NCBI GenBank assembly: GCA_043228905.1
Contig: JBHGNT010000021.1
Span: 6,758,001-6,822,000 of the forward strand
Direction of reading: 5' to 3'
DNA length: 64,000 bases
DNA from: Azolla caroliniana
Lineage: Eukaryota > Plantae > Polypodiophyta
The notes beneath the pieces were generated by a model, which worked only from the letters and a program-made list of their open reading frames with translations, did not search any database and had not been told where the DNA came from. The position numbers and the translations under genes were made by a program. The first letter of the stretch is position 1. Each line of letters begins with the position of its first letter. Of the stretch, positions 34,393-47,388 are shown piece after piece.

Positions 34393-35670
34393 GTCAACTA
34401 TTCCTTAAAATGACACATGTGGCCTAAATATATGAGGTCTATATAAATTCATAATTATGAAAACATTGTTTCTTACTTTTAGAACAATCTTTTTCTTGGA
34501 TTTACAAATATGGACCAAATTATTTTTGGGAGGCTAAGTCACAATCTCGGAACATCCAATTCACAAATTGTTTCGATTATGAGCCCTTATCGCTAATCCT
34601 AGTTGTTGGTGCCAAAATTCCACCAACTTCACCTTGTTAAGTGTGAGCTTCATGACAACAAGGTTCAAAATCTTGACTTTGTTGCCATGTTGGCTATCAT
34701 TAACACCTGGGTCACTTCAACCAAAATCCCAACATCCTATTGTAAAACCTAGCATTTTGACACCTTTCTCCCTTCACATACGCCACATCATGACAACATG
34801 ATCTACTATAATAAGGTTTGTGGATGTATGTAGATGATCACTTTGTCAAACCGTCTACCTCTCCTACAATTTGCAACTAAAATATTTTGAGATTTTAGTA
34901 ATGATCATAATAGGCAAAAAACTAAATAAGCACCTACATTTTCTTTGAATAGACTCTCCCATATCATTGTGCGTAACCTTTGTTTCACACAAACTTGTGA
35001 TTGTAACATTAGAATGTGTGTAACCCATTTATCATTTCGTAAACAAAGATAAGTGTTTCTTTTATTTGAAGAGTCAATAAAGGCCAACGAAGATTAGAGA
35101 AGTTGCCAATCTACAAAGGGGAGGCCTTTTCAAATAAAGACAGGCAACTAGATAACATAAATGTTTTGAAGACCAACATACATAAGTGTTTTGAAGAGCA
35201 ACTAGATACAAAAGACCTTTTTCTGTCAATGCATCTTCTCAGTAGCCAGAAGCCTTCAAGTTAGGTAAAAACTTGAAAAAGAATACATACAATTTCAAAC
35301 ATTTAAATGATAGAGCATAATTATGCTAGCTAATGTCATGAAAGACATAACAAAACTAATGGATAGAAAGCCGAAACACCAAAACGGACCCAAAAGTTGA
35401 ACAATCCACATTGTTTAGTGAGCCCATTGTGGTAAAAAAGAATAAGAAGAAGCAAAGGAGTTACGAACAAGAAGTTTCAAAAGTAGTGAGGGAGCTTTAA
35501 GCTATAGATGGTAGGCAACATGCTCCAAGGAATGTGCTCGCTTTGGACAAGTTTAGGGAAGACGAGAGAGTAAGACACGCACGCACAAACACCCACATAT
35601 GCACATGGGCAAACATTTCCTTGATAGGGGTCATGGTCAATCGACATCGATTCATTGGAGTGATACAATA

Positions 35671-36360
35671 TTTGATTGGAACTTAAACTCCCTTGGAGTG
35701 TATCGACATTTGAGAGCACACGCCCATTGTTGGTAAGAATCAGACATCTCACAAATTTGATTGGAGCTTAAATTCTGTCGGAGTGTATCGACATATGAGA
35801 GCACACACCCTAGTGTTGGTAAGAAGCATACATCGCACAAATCTGATTGGAACTTAAACTCTCTTGGAGTGTATCGGCATCCAAGAGCACGCACCCTAGT
35901 GTTGGTAAGAAGCAGACATCTCACAAATATGGTTGGAACTTAAACTCTCTAGGAGTGTATCGACATCTAAGAGCACACACCCTATTGTTGGTAAGAACCA
36001 GACATCTCACAAATTTTATTGGAGCTTAAATTCTCTCAAAGTGTATCGACATCTAAGAGCACACACCCTAGTGTTGGTAAGAAGCATACATCGCACAAAT
36101 CTGATTGGAACTTAAACTCTCTTGGAGTGTATCGGCATCCAAGAGCACGCACCCTAGTGTTGGTAAGAAGCAGACATCTCACAAATATGGTTGGAACTTA
36201 AACTCTCTAGGAGTGTATCGACATCTAAGAGCACACACCCTATTGTTGGTAAGAAGCAGACATCCACAAATCTGATTGGAACTTAAACTCTCTTGGAGTG
36301 TGTCGGCATCTGAGAGTACACATCCTAGTGTTGGTAAGAACCAGACTTCTCACATATCTG
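35671..36360. repeat. Tandem array of about 8 x 86 bp with a 258-bp higher-order duplication
   Basis: Unit starts (TTGGAACTTAAACTC...) recur at 35676, 35761, 35847, 35933, 36019, 36105, 36191 and about 36277. Confidence 0.95.
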
Positions 36361-36399
36361 TAACAGACTTGAATCGAGTGGGTCTAGAACCCTAACAAG

Positions 36400-36402
<3 letters not shown>

Positions 36403-36441
<39 letters not shown>

Positions 36442-36475
36442 CTCTTTCTTTCTCTCTCTCTCTCCCTCTCTCTCT
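36403..36475. repeat. (AC)n plus (TC)n microsatellites, probable gene-proximal region
   Basis: Read directly from the sequence. Confidence 0.9.
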
Positions 36476-37310
36476 TGGTGGGTCATGATAAGAAAGGTGG
36501 AAAAAAAAACTCTCGCCCATTGAGAACTTTTTTGTTAGTAGAGTCCACCTTCTTTTTGCATATTGTGGAGGGAAGAAAATCGGGAGATCTTCATGGTTCC
36601 AGGTACATACTGCCCATCCTTTGATTACGTTACTGTAAATGACAAAGTATTGTCACAAAAACAGTTGAAATGCTGTTGCTACGACTGGATATCAGACAGA
36701 TATCCATCACTTGTATGTGTGTGTTGTTGAAAGCAAAATATGTCATCTATGCACGGGTATGAAGGAAACTTCCCTTGATTTGATTACTCGAGAGTAGAGA
36801 GTAGAGAGTAGACTTCCATCATATGCAATGATGTACTTTGCAAGATCTTCATCACATGGATGTTAGATCTTGCAAGTTTTTTCTGTAATCCTAACATGAG
36901 ATTGAAAAAGGTGTGCAGAAAATACAAGCTTGTCCTGGACATGGAGTATGTCTATAAATGAAGAGCTCTAGACTGGTATACAGCAATACTTTATGTTGGG
37001 ACAATGGTAATGCTACTAGGTCCTGTGGTGCATGTGTGTGAGTATAATACCCTAACAAGCTTACATATGGTTATGTATTGGTTTAGAAGATAGGAGGTCC
37101 AGTATATGCTATGTATTGAGAAATGACCAAAACCATGATAGGCATACATACATAAGGCTATATCTGGTATAGAGAGCACGAAACTTTTGTAGTGGTATGT
37201 AATTGAAACATGATTCTCCTCTGACCATGGTCCATGTCTGTATATCAGGATGAATCGAAGAGCTCTAGAATGATTTGTATACACCAGTGTTTGAGTTGTA
37301 GTTGATAGTA

Positions 37311-37550
37311 CCAAATCTCTGTCTCAAAGAATATGAAACTCTCCTGGATATGGAGAGTCTTTATATGAGAACGAAATGAAGAGATGTAGAATGGTAAGTA
37401 TCTGCGACTGTCTTAGTTGTATCTGCATGTACCAAATCTTGTCTTAAAGAACATGAAGACCCCTTGGATATGGAGAGTCTTCAAATGAGAATGAAATGAA
37501 GAGATGTAAAATGATAAGTATCTACTATTACCTTAGTTGTAGCTGCATAT
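37311..37550. repeat. Diverged tandem duplication of about 120 bp
   Basis: ccaaatct..tc.aaagaa.atgaa..ggatatggagagtctt..atgagaa.gaaatgaagagatgta occurs twice. Confidence 0.8.
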
Positions 37551-39067
37551 GTTGCAACCAACTACAAAGTAGATGCAAAACTGTGTATTTCCTATACCTT
37601 TTTGACATAGACTTGTTAGTTATTGCTGTACATGTTGTTTTGACATTGGATATTACATGCATCTTGAGACACAAGTCAAATCATATTGAGAATGTATCCA
37701 TGATTAACATGTTTTGAATTCGGATGATCTAGAGCCAAGAAATGGATATTCCAAATGACTTTTCTCTAGCTTCTTAAAGTGTATTATTCCACCACATACT
37801 GCTATTTCTTTTCTAGTCACTTTTAAATCCATATCAGGTAAACAAATCTAGGTTTTAGAAGCCACAAGTATTTGGACATAAATCACCTTGACCATACAAA
37901 AACTAAAATCTACATTATTCAAGTGATGTATGAGAAAGATTTGGAGAGCAGTTCTCGTGATACTTGAATGACATAGCGTTGCTTATTTAACTCTTAGGTA
38001 TCAGTGACTCACATATGACAACCTTTGGCAGAGATGGTGTATGATTGAAGCATTCTCATCATGGTTATAAACACTTACATAGTTGTGATATTGTCAATAT
38101 TACATATTATCTATGTGGGAATCTGTTTTTTGCAAAAGCTTGTTTATAAAGGAAGCAAAGCTGATAACTACTAAAATCTTGGAATCACCTTACAGAGGGG
38201 TTTGGAAATAATGTTTTTGTTGAATTGCTTTTACAGGGCTGACATCTAATGGAAGTAGAGAGATGATATCTCTAAATAAGTGAAAAGTGGTTCTTGGTTC
38301 TCGCGGGGGATAAAGTGAGGTTGGAACATATACTTTCCTTTCATGTGTATAAACCATCATAAAATCTTAAGTAATAAATGCGAGAGCTCACATTTATGGC
38401 ATGGAGAATTGAATATTAATGTAGTAATGACCCAATGAGATAAGAGATCCTAAATTCCATATTTGTTAAAAAATGTGCATTCTATGTTTAGAATACTTTT
38501 TACATTACTCTGAAGTATTATACACGTATTGTATGTTTTAGAACTGCCATCTTATAATATTTCATGTATTCTAAGTATTCAATATATTCTACATATTTAC
38601 AAGTATTTAACATTTCCAAAAAGTTAAATTAAAAAATTATTTAAAAATAACTCAGTGAGCTTTTTTTGGAATTGGGAATCTCCAACTGGTTCAATCAATA
38701 TGAAACACAATGGAATCGGTCCAATGAACTGACTCGATTCAATTGTTTTCGGCCAAGTTTTTGAGGTCTATACTTCAAAAATTCTTGTAGATTGAAACAA
38801 ATAAAAAATACTTATGAGGCAGTAGGTGTTGGAACCAATCAATGGATCATTCTCATTCTCCTCATCTCTCAACCAATTTATGTGGGTGAAAGAAAATTAA
38901 AGATTGATCCCTAATTCCATTCCATTCCATTCATATTTAATTTACAAAAAAGGGATGGTCAATTATATCACTCAGGAAACATGCTAGAGAATCGGAAAAA
39001 ATCTTCTAGTATAAAACTGCAAAGTTGTTGAGCCCAGAAAAACACCTAATGCATCGTCTCAAGACTA

Positions 39068-42000
39068 ATGGATAGAATTATGAGAGCAAAGCAGGTGAGA
39101 GCTATCCAAATGTTTATCATAGTTGGCACAATGTAGTGCAGTCATGTGGATTATCTTTATGTACAGTAACACAATAAATGTTTGCACGTATGATAATTAA
39201 ATCTTAATACTACATCTGTATTTCAGGTAAGAATGGTTACTGAGGTCCTTAATTGTATCCAACTACAGAGTGAGTGTGATGACATCAGAAATAGGACCTC
39301 TATTTTTGGATGCGCAGCACTTTGTTCTGACATTCACAAGGCAGATATAAAATCAATAGATGATTCATTTGAAGTCTTGGCAATGGCTGTCCGAGATCAA
39401 AATTTGCTTACATTAAAAGGAGAAATAGAGGCACTTGATGAAGTCTCTTTGGAATTTGATAAGGAACGGCTTAGAAAGAGGAGAAAAAGTTCACAACCCG
39501 AAGCAAAGATTGCAAAGAAGAGACGAAGGTCTAATGGAGGATCTGTAAACAAATCACAAACATTTCTTAATATATCAAATAATGCATCTCATATCCCTGA
39601 TCAACAGGGAGAAGCAGATAATGCAAGCGTTACAAAGATAGTGAAACAAAAAGATGGCTTTTTGGCAGTTAAATCCCGACCATGCCCAAGATTTCAACCA
39701 GGAGATTCCATTGATGAAGATATTGACATGGAAGAGGCCGCAATGGAATGGCAAAGGTGTGTTTCACTTCAGAAGAAGTTTGGCATTCTAAAGAGCCGTA
39801 AATCTCTCACTTCTCAAAGTGCAACTCTTTGTGCTCCCCATCCTGGTTATGTTGGAGATGGCATACACACAATGCTATGCAAAATATGCCAAAGAAGAGA
39901 GAGTAAGAAAAGTACTGTTATTTGTGACGAATGCCAAGAGGCATTTCATGTGGCTTGCTGTGTACCTCGAGTAAGCCGTAATCATTTCAAGCATGAAGCT
40001 AATTGGTTCTGCAGCTCATGTAAAGAGGGGAAGAAAACTATGGACTTAAAGCTTATGGAAAGGTGCTTGTCTTTGAGCAGATCTCTCTCTACATCTTCAC
40101 ATATTGCATCCAAAGCATGTTTGGGCTCTGCGCATCAGGCTGATGTTCCTGTATGGTCGGGAAATATTGGATTGAATGATGTTAAACGAAGGTATCTGTT
40201 GTGGCTGATCTTTTATTGGTTCTAATTGAATCATGGTCTAGACATAAGACAATAATTCAGTCATTTATTTTTGTAGTCTTGTAGGGCATATAGGCATGGA
40301 AATACCTCTCACAGCAGATGAAAAGAGTAAAGAGAAGGATTTACTTTTGAAAGAATTTAAAGAGGCGAGAAGATATTTTTTGAACTTATTGCTTCCAATA
40401 ACACTCCCATTTCTTTTTTCTTACGGTTTTTGAATCCTGATAGCAGAAAGTTAAGCCTTGGTGTTCTTTACCTTCTGAAATGCTGCCACATGGGATGCAA
40501 GAGAATTGGCTCAAATGCAACAATATTATTCTGAGAGCGTTTACAGATTCAAATGGACAAGAAAGTAACCAAGTTGTTTGTGGAAAATGGAGAAGGTATT
40601 ATACTGCATGAGTCCTTGTTTTGACATATACGAATTTTTGTTGGATCCTTACTTCATTGCTTTCCATGCTTTATAGCTTATGTTTTCTTACTCTTTTGAT
40701 AAGTTGTTGATCAAGGGTTATAAAATCTTTGTAGAGCTCCATTAAATGTTCAACAAACGGATGCTTGGGAATGCTTTTGTGCAATAGAATGGGATCCTCT
40801 TCATGCTGATTGTGCAGTACCACAAGTAAGTGTACTTCAATTCACTGGTCAGCTTTTAGAATTTACAATTTTACCACATTTGGGGATGTAGAAAATGTTG
40901 TTGGCTTAACATTATATAGTTAGTGATCTAGTTTTGTTAGAAATTCTTTGAATATTTTGCAAGAGGTTGTCAAAGTAATAAACTCATTACTTTGTACCCT
41001 GCTGAGTTTTCTATGCCTTTCCTCCATGGGAACTTCTAAAGCTTGGATAATAGGAGAGTTTCCATACTTGAAACAAATAGCAAGAACCTTTTGATTCATC
41101 TAAACTGAATATTTGTTATGAAACTCCAGCTTATATGCTATATTATTATTCACTTTTTTGAGAATTTGCTACATTGTTAGGAGCCCCTATATCGCTTCAT
41201 AATGAAACAATCAGTCAATTAGGATTGGTACATTTTCCTTTGAGATACTTTCAGGTTGATACAATTGTCTCTAGAGTTATGAATGAGGCCATGGAGATGC
41301 ATCCCTTTTGCAATCATGTACTCCAAATTCGCTGAAGTTTATAATCATGGAAATGCCGCATAGAAATTCCCTTTTGCAATCATGGCTTTACAGTTTTTGT
41401 GAACCTCAGTCTTGGAATTCTGGGATATTAATGCTTGCCTCTTGGAATACTTGGATCTGGGCAGTAGAAACCTGCATCTTAATGCTTGATCTTGATTGGA
41501 TTGTATTCTTGATCCTCTATTCTTGAATGTGGATTCTTCTTCAATATTTTGGAATTTAAAATTTCTCGCAGACTTTGTATTACATCGTTTCACACGCTAG
41601 TAAATGTTAATGTATCGAAGATAATATTATGTAGATAATTTAGGCTGACCTGACTGGGAGATGAAACACATGCTAAGGTGACCTATGCAAAATATTACGG
41701 TGCCAATAATGGTTTATGCATATTACATAACTATGGATTCAAATAATGTTTATCTATAGTCAGTGATGTTTCCAGAGAGTTGCTGCTAGCTCAAGAAATA
41801 TTTGGCTGGATAATCTTGTCCATGTTTCATAAGTAGATTTTTATGCTCTCCATAGCTTGAAATATTTCCATACTTGAATGAAGCAATCCATATTACCGCT
41901 TCAGTGAGATGCAAATATATCAGAAAGTCACTTGTGTAGAGGCTGTTCTTTCACTCTATACATTTACAATCCTCTTTTTCCTATTGATAATGTATATTCT

Positions 42001-42328
42001 AGAGTAGAAAAGGTATATATACTGCTTCAGTATGATATCATGTGTAGTAGCATTCTAAGAATGTTTCACTCTTTGCAAATTATGTAGCTCATTTTGTTTG
42101 ATTTATTATCATTCAGAAAACATGTTTTCTTGAAGTTATATGGCTTTTTTTGGTCTATGTGAAGACTGGATTAAATTTTCTGTTTGAAAGATATGAATTT
42201 CAATCTTCTTTTTATTGCTTGAATATTCATCACTGGCTTTTTCTCAATACTTATGATTCTGTGAGGTGTAGCTTATGGTGGATATGTGAAGCAAATAGCT
42301 TAATGAGGGACAAAGGATGAGATCCAAA

Positions 42329-42359
<31 letters not shown>

Positions 42360-43303
42360 CTATTCTAGATATTAGGAAAGCAGTGGGCTACAATCTGAGA
42401 TCAAAATGAGTGAGCGGGGTGATGCAATGCATGCTATAATATGAAAGCTCATTTGGCACCGGAGTTCGGCTTGTTCACATTTGGTATAGTTGCATTGAAC
42501 AGTAGAAAACATAGAAAAGTATATCTAGTGCTAAAATACACGGTGGCTTTAAGATTTGGCTTAGAATGATGTTGAAAACAAAATATGGGAAAAGTATATC
42601 TATTTATTTGTTGCTTCTCTAAAACAGCTTCTACCATTTGTTGTTGCTTAGGGAATCTCTCTGCTGTAATGGTTTCTGTCATTTGTTTTAATTTTCTTCT
42701 TTTGTTTTTTTCTCCTTTTTCATGCTACAACTTAATGCTCTATTAATTAAGACCTCTCATTTATTTCCTCTTTACAAATCATTCATCACATGAACATGAT
42801 ATTGTAACTAATCCTCCCCCACCCCCAAAATTTTCACGTTGCTATAATCAGTTTCATTCACTTTTGTGCTTCTGTATATGAGAACAGATGTTGATTGATT
42901 TATTGTTTCATGTACTGATCACAGTCAATTTTACCATAACTAGAGAACGTCTTGTTTTGTAATATGAGACAAAAGTATATGATTTCTTATGTTAGCCGTA
43001 AGTGCATTTTGCGAATCTGTTCTTGAAGGTTATTGTTTAATGCAGGAATTTTCAACTGAAGAGATTCTGGAACGGATGCAAAACAAGATGCTAGCAGAAA
43101 GGCAACCCTCAGACGTGAGTGATGTAAATAAATAAATAAATGGTTTTGTAACTTCAGAAACAGATACAAGCCTAATGTATATGTATTTATATTCTTCTTT
43201 GTTAAGTTTTGAATCATAAAACTATCGTTATTTATGTCAGATAATGGAGAACAAAGAAGGGAAGTTACTAGAGGAAAACACTGGTGAAAAAGAAAACACA
43301 TGA
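39068..43303 (+). CDS. PHD finger / ELM2-like / CW-type zinc-finger chromatin protein (484 aa; resembles the Arabidopsis AT2G19260 family). Exons 39068-39094, 39227-40191, 40277-40364, 40444-40595, 40735-40825, 43046-43114, 43241-43303
   Basis: Exons join in frame (1455 nt). PHD CKIC..CDEC..FH..C..WFCSSC; ELM2-like CLGSAHQADVPVWSG; ENWLKC..VCGKWRRAPL..QTDAWECFC..WDPLHADCAVPQE. The first coding exon is least certain. Confidence 0.85.
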
Positions 43304-44419
43304 TTTGAGAAGAAAAGTGATGGTGAAAAAGAAAATGGGTGTAACTATTGGCCGTACAGTTGTGGGTGTCCCCAGTTTTAGGATGAAGATTTGGAGCAAG
43401 ACATACCCTCCTCCAACTTTGGCATATCACTGCATATATATAAAGAGCTCTAACAACCATTTAGAGTTCCGTACCATACCACCAAACATAATGAGAGCTG
43501 AAGAATTCAGATTGATTTTTTCATGTGTTTCGAAAAACGCAAACCCTTAAAAAGAGTTTGAAGTCACAACCATCCAATGCAAAAAATTCTTGGAAGATTA
43601 CATGGGAAGTGATCCTTTTGCATGGAAGAATATTTGAAAGTTTAAATCCTCGAAATATGAAATGTTTTTGATATGATGACTTTTGCATAGATTTATAGTC
43701 CCATTCTTTGTAGAAATTGTGAGTGATTTTATCGTGGTGGTTGGAAGAACAATGTCTTATTTGAATTTAATGTATAAAGCTTATTAAATTTAATGTATTC
43801 AACCTATGAGGACGATGGTATGATCGATGGTATGTAAACTAATGATAATCCATTGCTTGGTAGTGTGACCCAACAATATATAAAGAAATCACAAGATTGA
43901 TGTTGGATATTGGAAAATTGGTAGTACTCCATGTTGAGCACTTGAAGGGATTTTATGTATGGTTACAAGACACCATCCACACTTATACCATGTTAGAGTA
44001 GGATTGTCTTATGGCATTATGAGTGGTGTAATGTAACAATTGATTTAACTATTAACGGAAATGTCAAATGTGGGACGAATACATATGCAGAAGTTAGAAT
44101 ATTAATAGACAATAATTAGGCCATGTATAATTGACATGCTTCATATAAACAACTATGTACAATAAATTCCTTTAGTCTTCCATCCAGCAAATGTGTTGAT
44201 CACTTTCAAAGCTCTATCAAAGAATTATAGCTAATTGGTACATTTGAATGATGTTTGGGCCTTGATTCGGCTCAAACCAAAATGAACTTGTAGGGTAACT
44301 ACTTGACAATGTTTTATTATGGAGATGACATAAGGATACATTCAATGGTGAATATTATCCTGTTACTTTAAAAGCATGGTGAATATGATGATATGTGACC
44401 TTTCATAGCTCTCTCTCTT

Positions 44420-45290
44420 CATAGATTTCGTGACTTCTCTAGCACTGTCAATTGCCACAAAAGAAGTCCTTTTAACTTTACAACATATTTTCTCATCCTA
44501 ACTTCTGAATCAAAATCAAAGGCATTCCGCATATTCCAATTGAACCATAACCCTCAATACCGCAAGAACTAAAACATAATTTGGAAATGAGGCATCGGTT
44601 CATTGTTTTTCATATGTGCAAAAACCCAACTGAAAGAAGATAGACTTACTCTAGTTAGAGACATCCACACTAAACTGATGCACCTCCAAACCATCCTTGC
44701 CATTGGGCATGAAAGAAATCGATGCCCACTATGTTCCAATTCCACAGAACAAAAGAAACATGATCCTTTAGTAATGTTTCTTTTCTTTAATGCATCCCCC
44801 AATGGTAAAACTCCAACCATAACTCTCCAAATAAATACCTTAGCTCATAGCATCAATTGAGACCACCAACCTACCTTTGATCACATGAAAGGGTTACGAA
44901 AACACCATATCTTTATAACCTTTTCCTCCAACTACTTATGTTTGTCAATCAACTTGTGAAAGGCAACATTTGTTGAGATCTTAGTCTATCTTTTATTTCC
45001 AACAAACCTCCAATCAAGCTCTTGAGATCCCCCATCTAAATCAGGAATTGGCTCATACGAAGATAATATTTCTTGCAACTTATACCAAATTAAGGTATAA
45101 CCTTTTGGAATAGGAAATGTTGATCTTGTTGTTCGAAAGGTCATTAATCTTTTTTGTGACACCAACATAATATCCTTGACTATTACCAAACCCAATCTAG
45201 CCATCCGATTAAATTGAAGGTTAAGAATTTGTTTATCTTCCCACCTCAACAACCTTGATGTCCCCAAAACCTCCATTTGTGTTGCTAAGG
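44420..45290 (-). mobile_element. Degenerate L1-type LINE 3' fragment (zf-RVT)
   Basis: WRVMVGVLPLGDALKKRNITKGSCFFCSVELEHSGHRFLSCPMARMVW. Confidence 0.75.
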
Positions 45291-46809
45291 CAAGTTGACT
45301 ATAGTATGGAACTTAAAGTAATAGTCATAAAGTATTAGTCGGAAATATAGTCCACTAAGTTATGGGTCGGAAATGGGAGAGGTGTGAATAGGTAAGCCGA
45401 AAGAATATAGTAGTCGAAAGATCAAGTAGGAAGTTAGACTGTTTTTATGTTTCTTGCCGAATGGCAGTTTAGTACTTCTTGACAAGTTGCATGTGTCACC
45501 TATATGAAGGGATATAGGACATTGTAAAAACATTGATCTGTAACCATATAATTTTAACATAATTTTTAGTTTAGACTACTATATGCTTTTGTGATTCAGC
45601 TTGTTTGAGTGTCTACGACTAGAGAGAGGAAGAGAGAGTATTTCAATATATAGTCAATCATAAAGTTTGAGTGGATTTTGGTACTAAGTTATATCTGTGT
45701 GTAATTTGAATAGAAGAGATCATCAAACAAGTAATTAGGATCTATCAAGCCATAGCTCCAACCATAATTCCCTTGATAGAACGACTCAAAGAGTGAGTAA
45801 TTTGACCTTTGTGTTTGATGACCAAGAAGGTGTTAACACAAATTTTGGCACGCTCGATTACATCTATTAGAAACAAAGATCAAAGGAGAATGGATGTCGC
45901 CTAGTCGACCTAGTACAGAACAACATGCAGGAAGTAGACGACCACACACGAGATCGGAAAGCTGATGTGCACAAGAAGACAATTCAATTGATTTGGAGTT
46001 TTTCGAACGTATTTGCAAGAGGCTGAAGAGGAATTAAGGGAAATTCCTAATTTACAAACCGATAATAGTTCGGACGAGGAGACATCCGACCAACACCTAC
46101 AATTAATCAACTTAGTAGGAGTTTCAGAGGAGGACACAATGTCATATCCTTACCCTAAATAGAATGATGACGCAAATGTAGAAGTGCATGTGCACGCTGT
46201 CGTGAAGATTTTCAGCGATAGTGTGAAACTTGTGAGGAATATACAAAATCGAGTGTGGTTCTTCTCACGAAATATAAAACAATAATAGTGAAGATACTAT
46301 TTAAAATAAGTTTAATATCTTGGTACAAAAAAATGGAGGTCTTGAAGAGCGTTTGAATGCACATTGTTACATAACAAACGGCCAACTAAGTGTGAAGTTA
46401 TGTGGGTATGAAGTTGCGAAAGAAGAAAAGAAAAGAAAAGAAAAGAAAAACAAACTTGTGAGATGTCCCACATAGATAGGACAAACAAGAATCTTACAAT
46501 ATATAAAGCAAAGCCAAAAGCTATTATTTTGTTTCCATGTGTGGAGCATGGAGAGTTCAAGGTGACTTGAACTAAGTTAATCAAATGAATGAGTGTGGCC
46601 TAGCTACTTGCAAAGGTTTTGGCCAACCAAAATCGAACCGGCAGCAGTCGGCGAGGCGGCGGCAACCGCTGACCGGTCGGTGACAGAACCAGCTAGGGAT
46701 GAAGACCAAACGGGTGCAAATCGGATGGATCGGTTGATCGCGATGCATGGTGTCTTAAAGATATTTGGTGTAATTACAAGACCAAAAGCCTAATAGTATT
46801 TTGTGCTTT

Positions 46810-46884
46810 AAAAGGGGATGTACGCAAGACTTGAACATTGCACCTCCAAGTTGAGAGTCTATAAGCTTACCATTAAGCCAAATC
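46810..46884 (-). ncRNA. tRNA-like Pol III cassette in LTR (second copy 53563-53637)
   Basis: A-box TGGCTTAATGG (46870-46880), D-stem GCTT/AAGC, B-box-like TGTTCAAGTC (46828-46837), then CCCCTTTT terminator. Confidence 0.6.
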
Positions 46885-47388
46885 ATTTCTTTAGGGGTAT
46901 ATTTTTTATCACTATACTTTTACATGTAATTCTCATACATGAGAGCTTAGATGATGAGATGGCAAGCATGCATTGCATGCATTTCATGTATTTCGTGTAT
47001 GTCTTGCACCCTCACATGCACCATATGCATGGGGGCATCTATAAAAGAGTGGATGAATCAAGCAAGTGGGGGACTAATGTAAAAAAAGATGGGAATGTAA
47101 ATTTTGGGGGAAAATAATAAGAAACTTGTTATCCTATTGATATATCTTGTCTCTCAAATCTAAAGTCAAGCGTTCAATCTTTATCTTAATCTCTCTCTCT
47201 TTCAATCTATCTTAAATACTTTCTCACTAAAGCTAGTGCAAACTTCGAATCCTTTCGGTCCAGGACTCCGGTGGTTCCGCCTCACGATCCACGCCTAGTG
47301 ACGGATCTTCACGACATAATTAAGTGGCGAACCCGACGTGAAAGAGGCGGTAGGAAGGATCAAGTCGAGGATTAACCGATACTTGGAG

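Noticed and set aside
35671-36360. CRISPR-like array, or the repeated 60-aa ORFs
   Set aside because: Whole units repeat with no unique spacers, there are no cas genes, and the context is eukaryotic; the ORFs are by-products.
46312-47117. Duplicated small ORFs (also 53077-53861)
   Set aside because: They recur only because they lie in the two LTRs.
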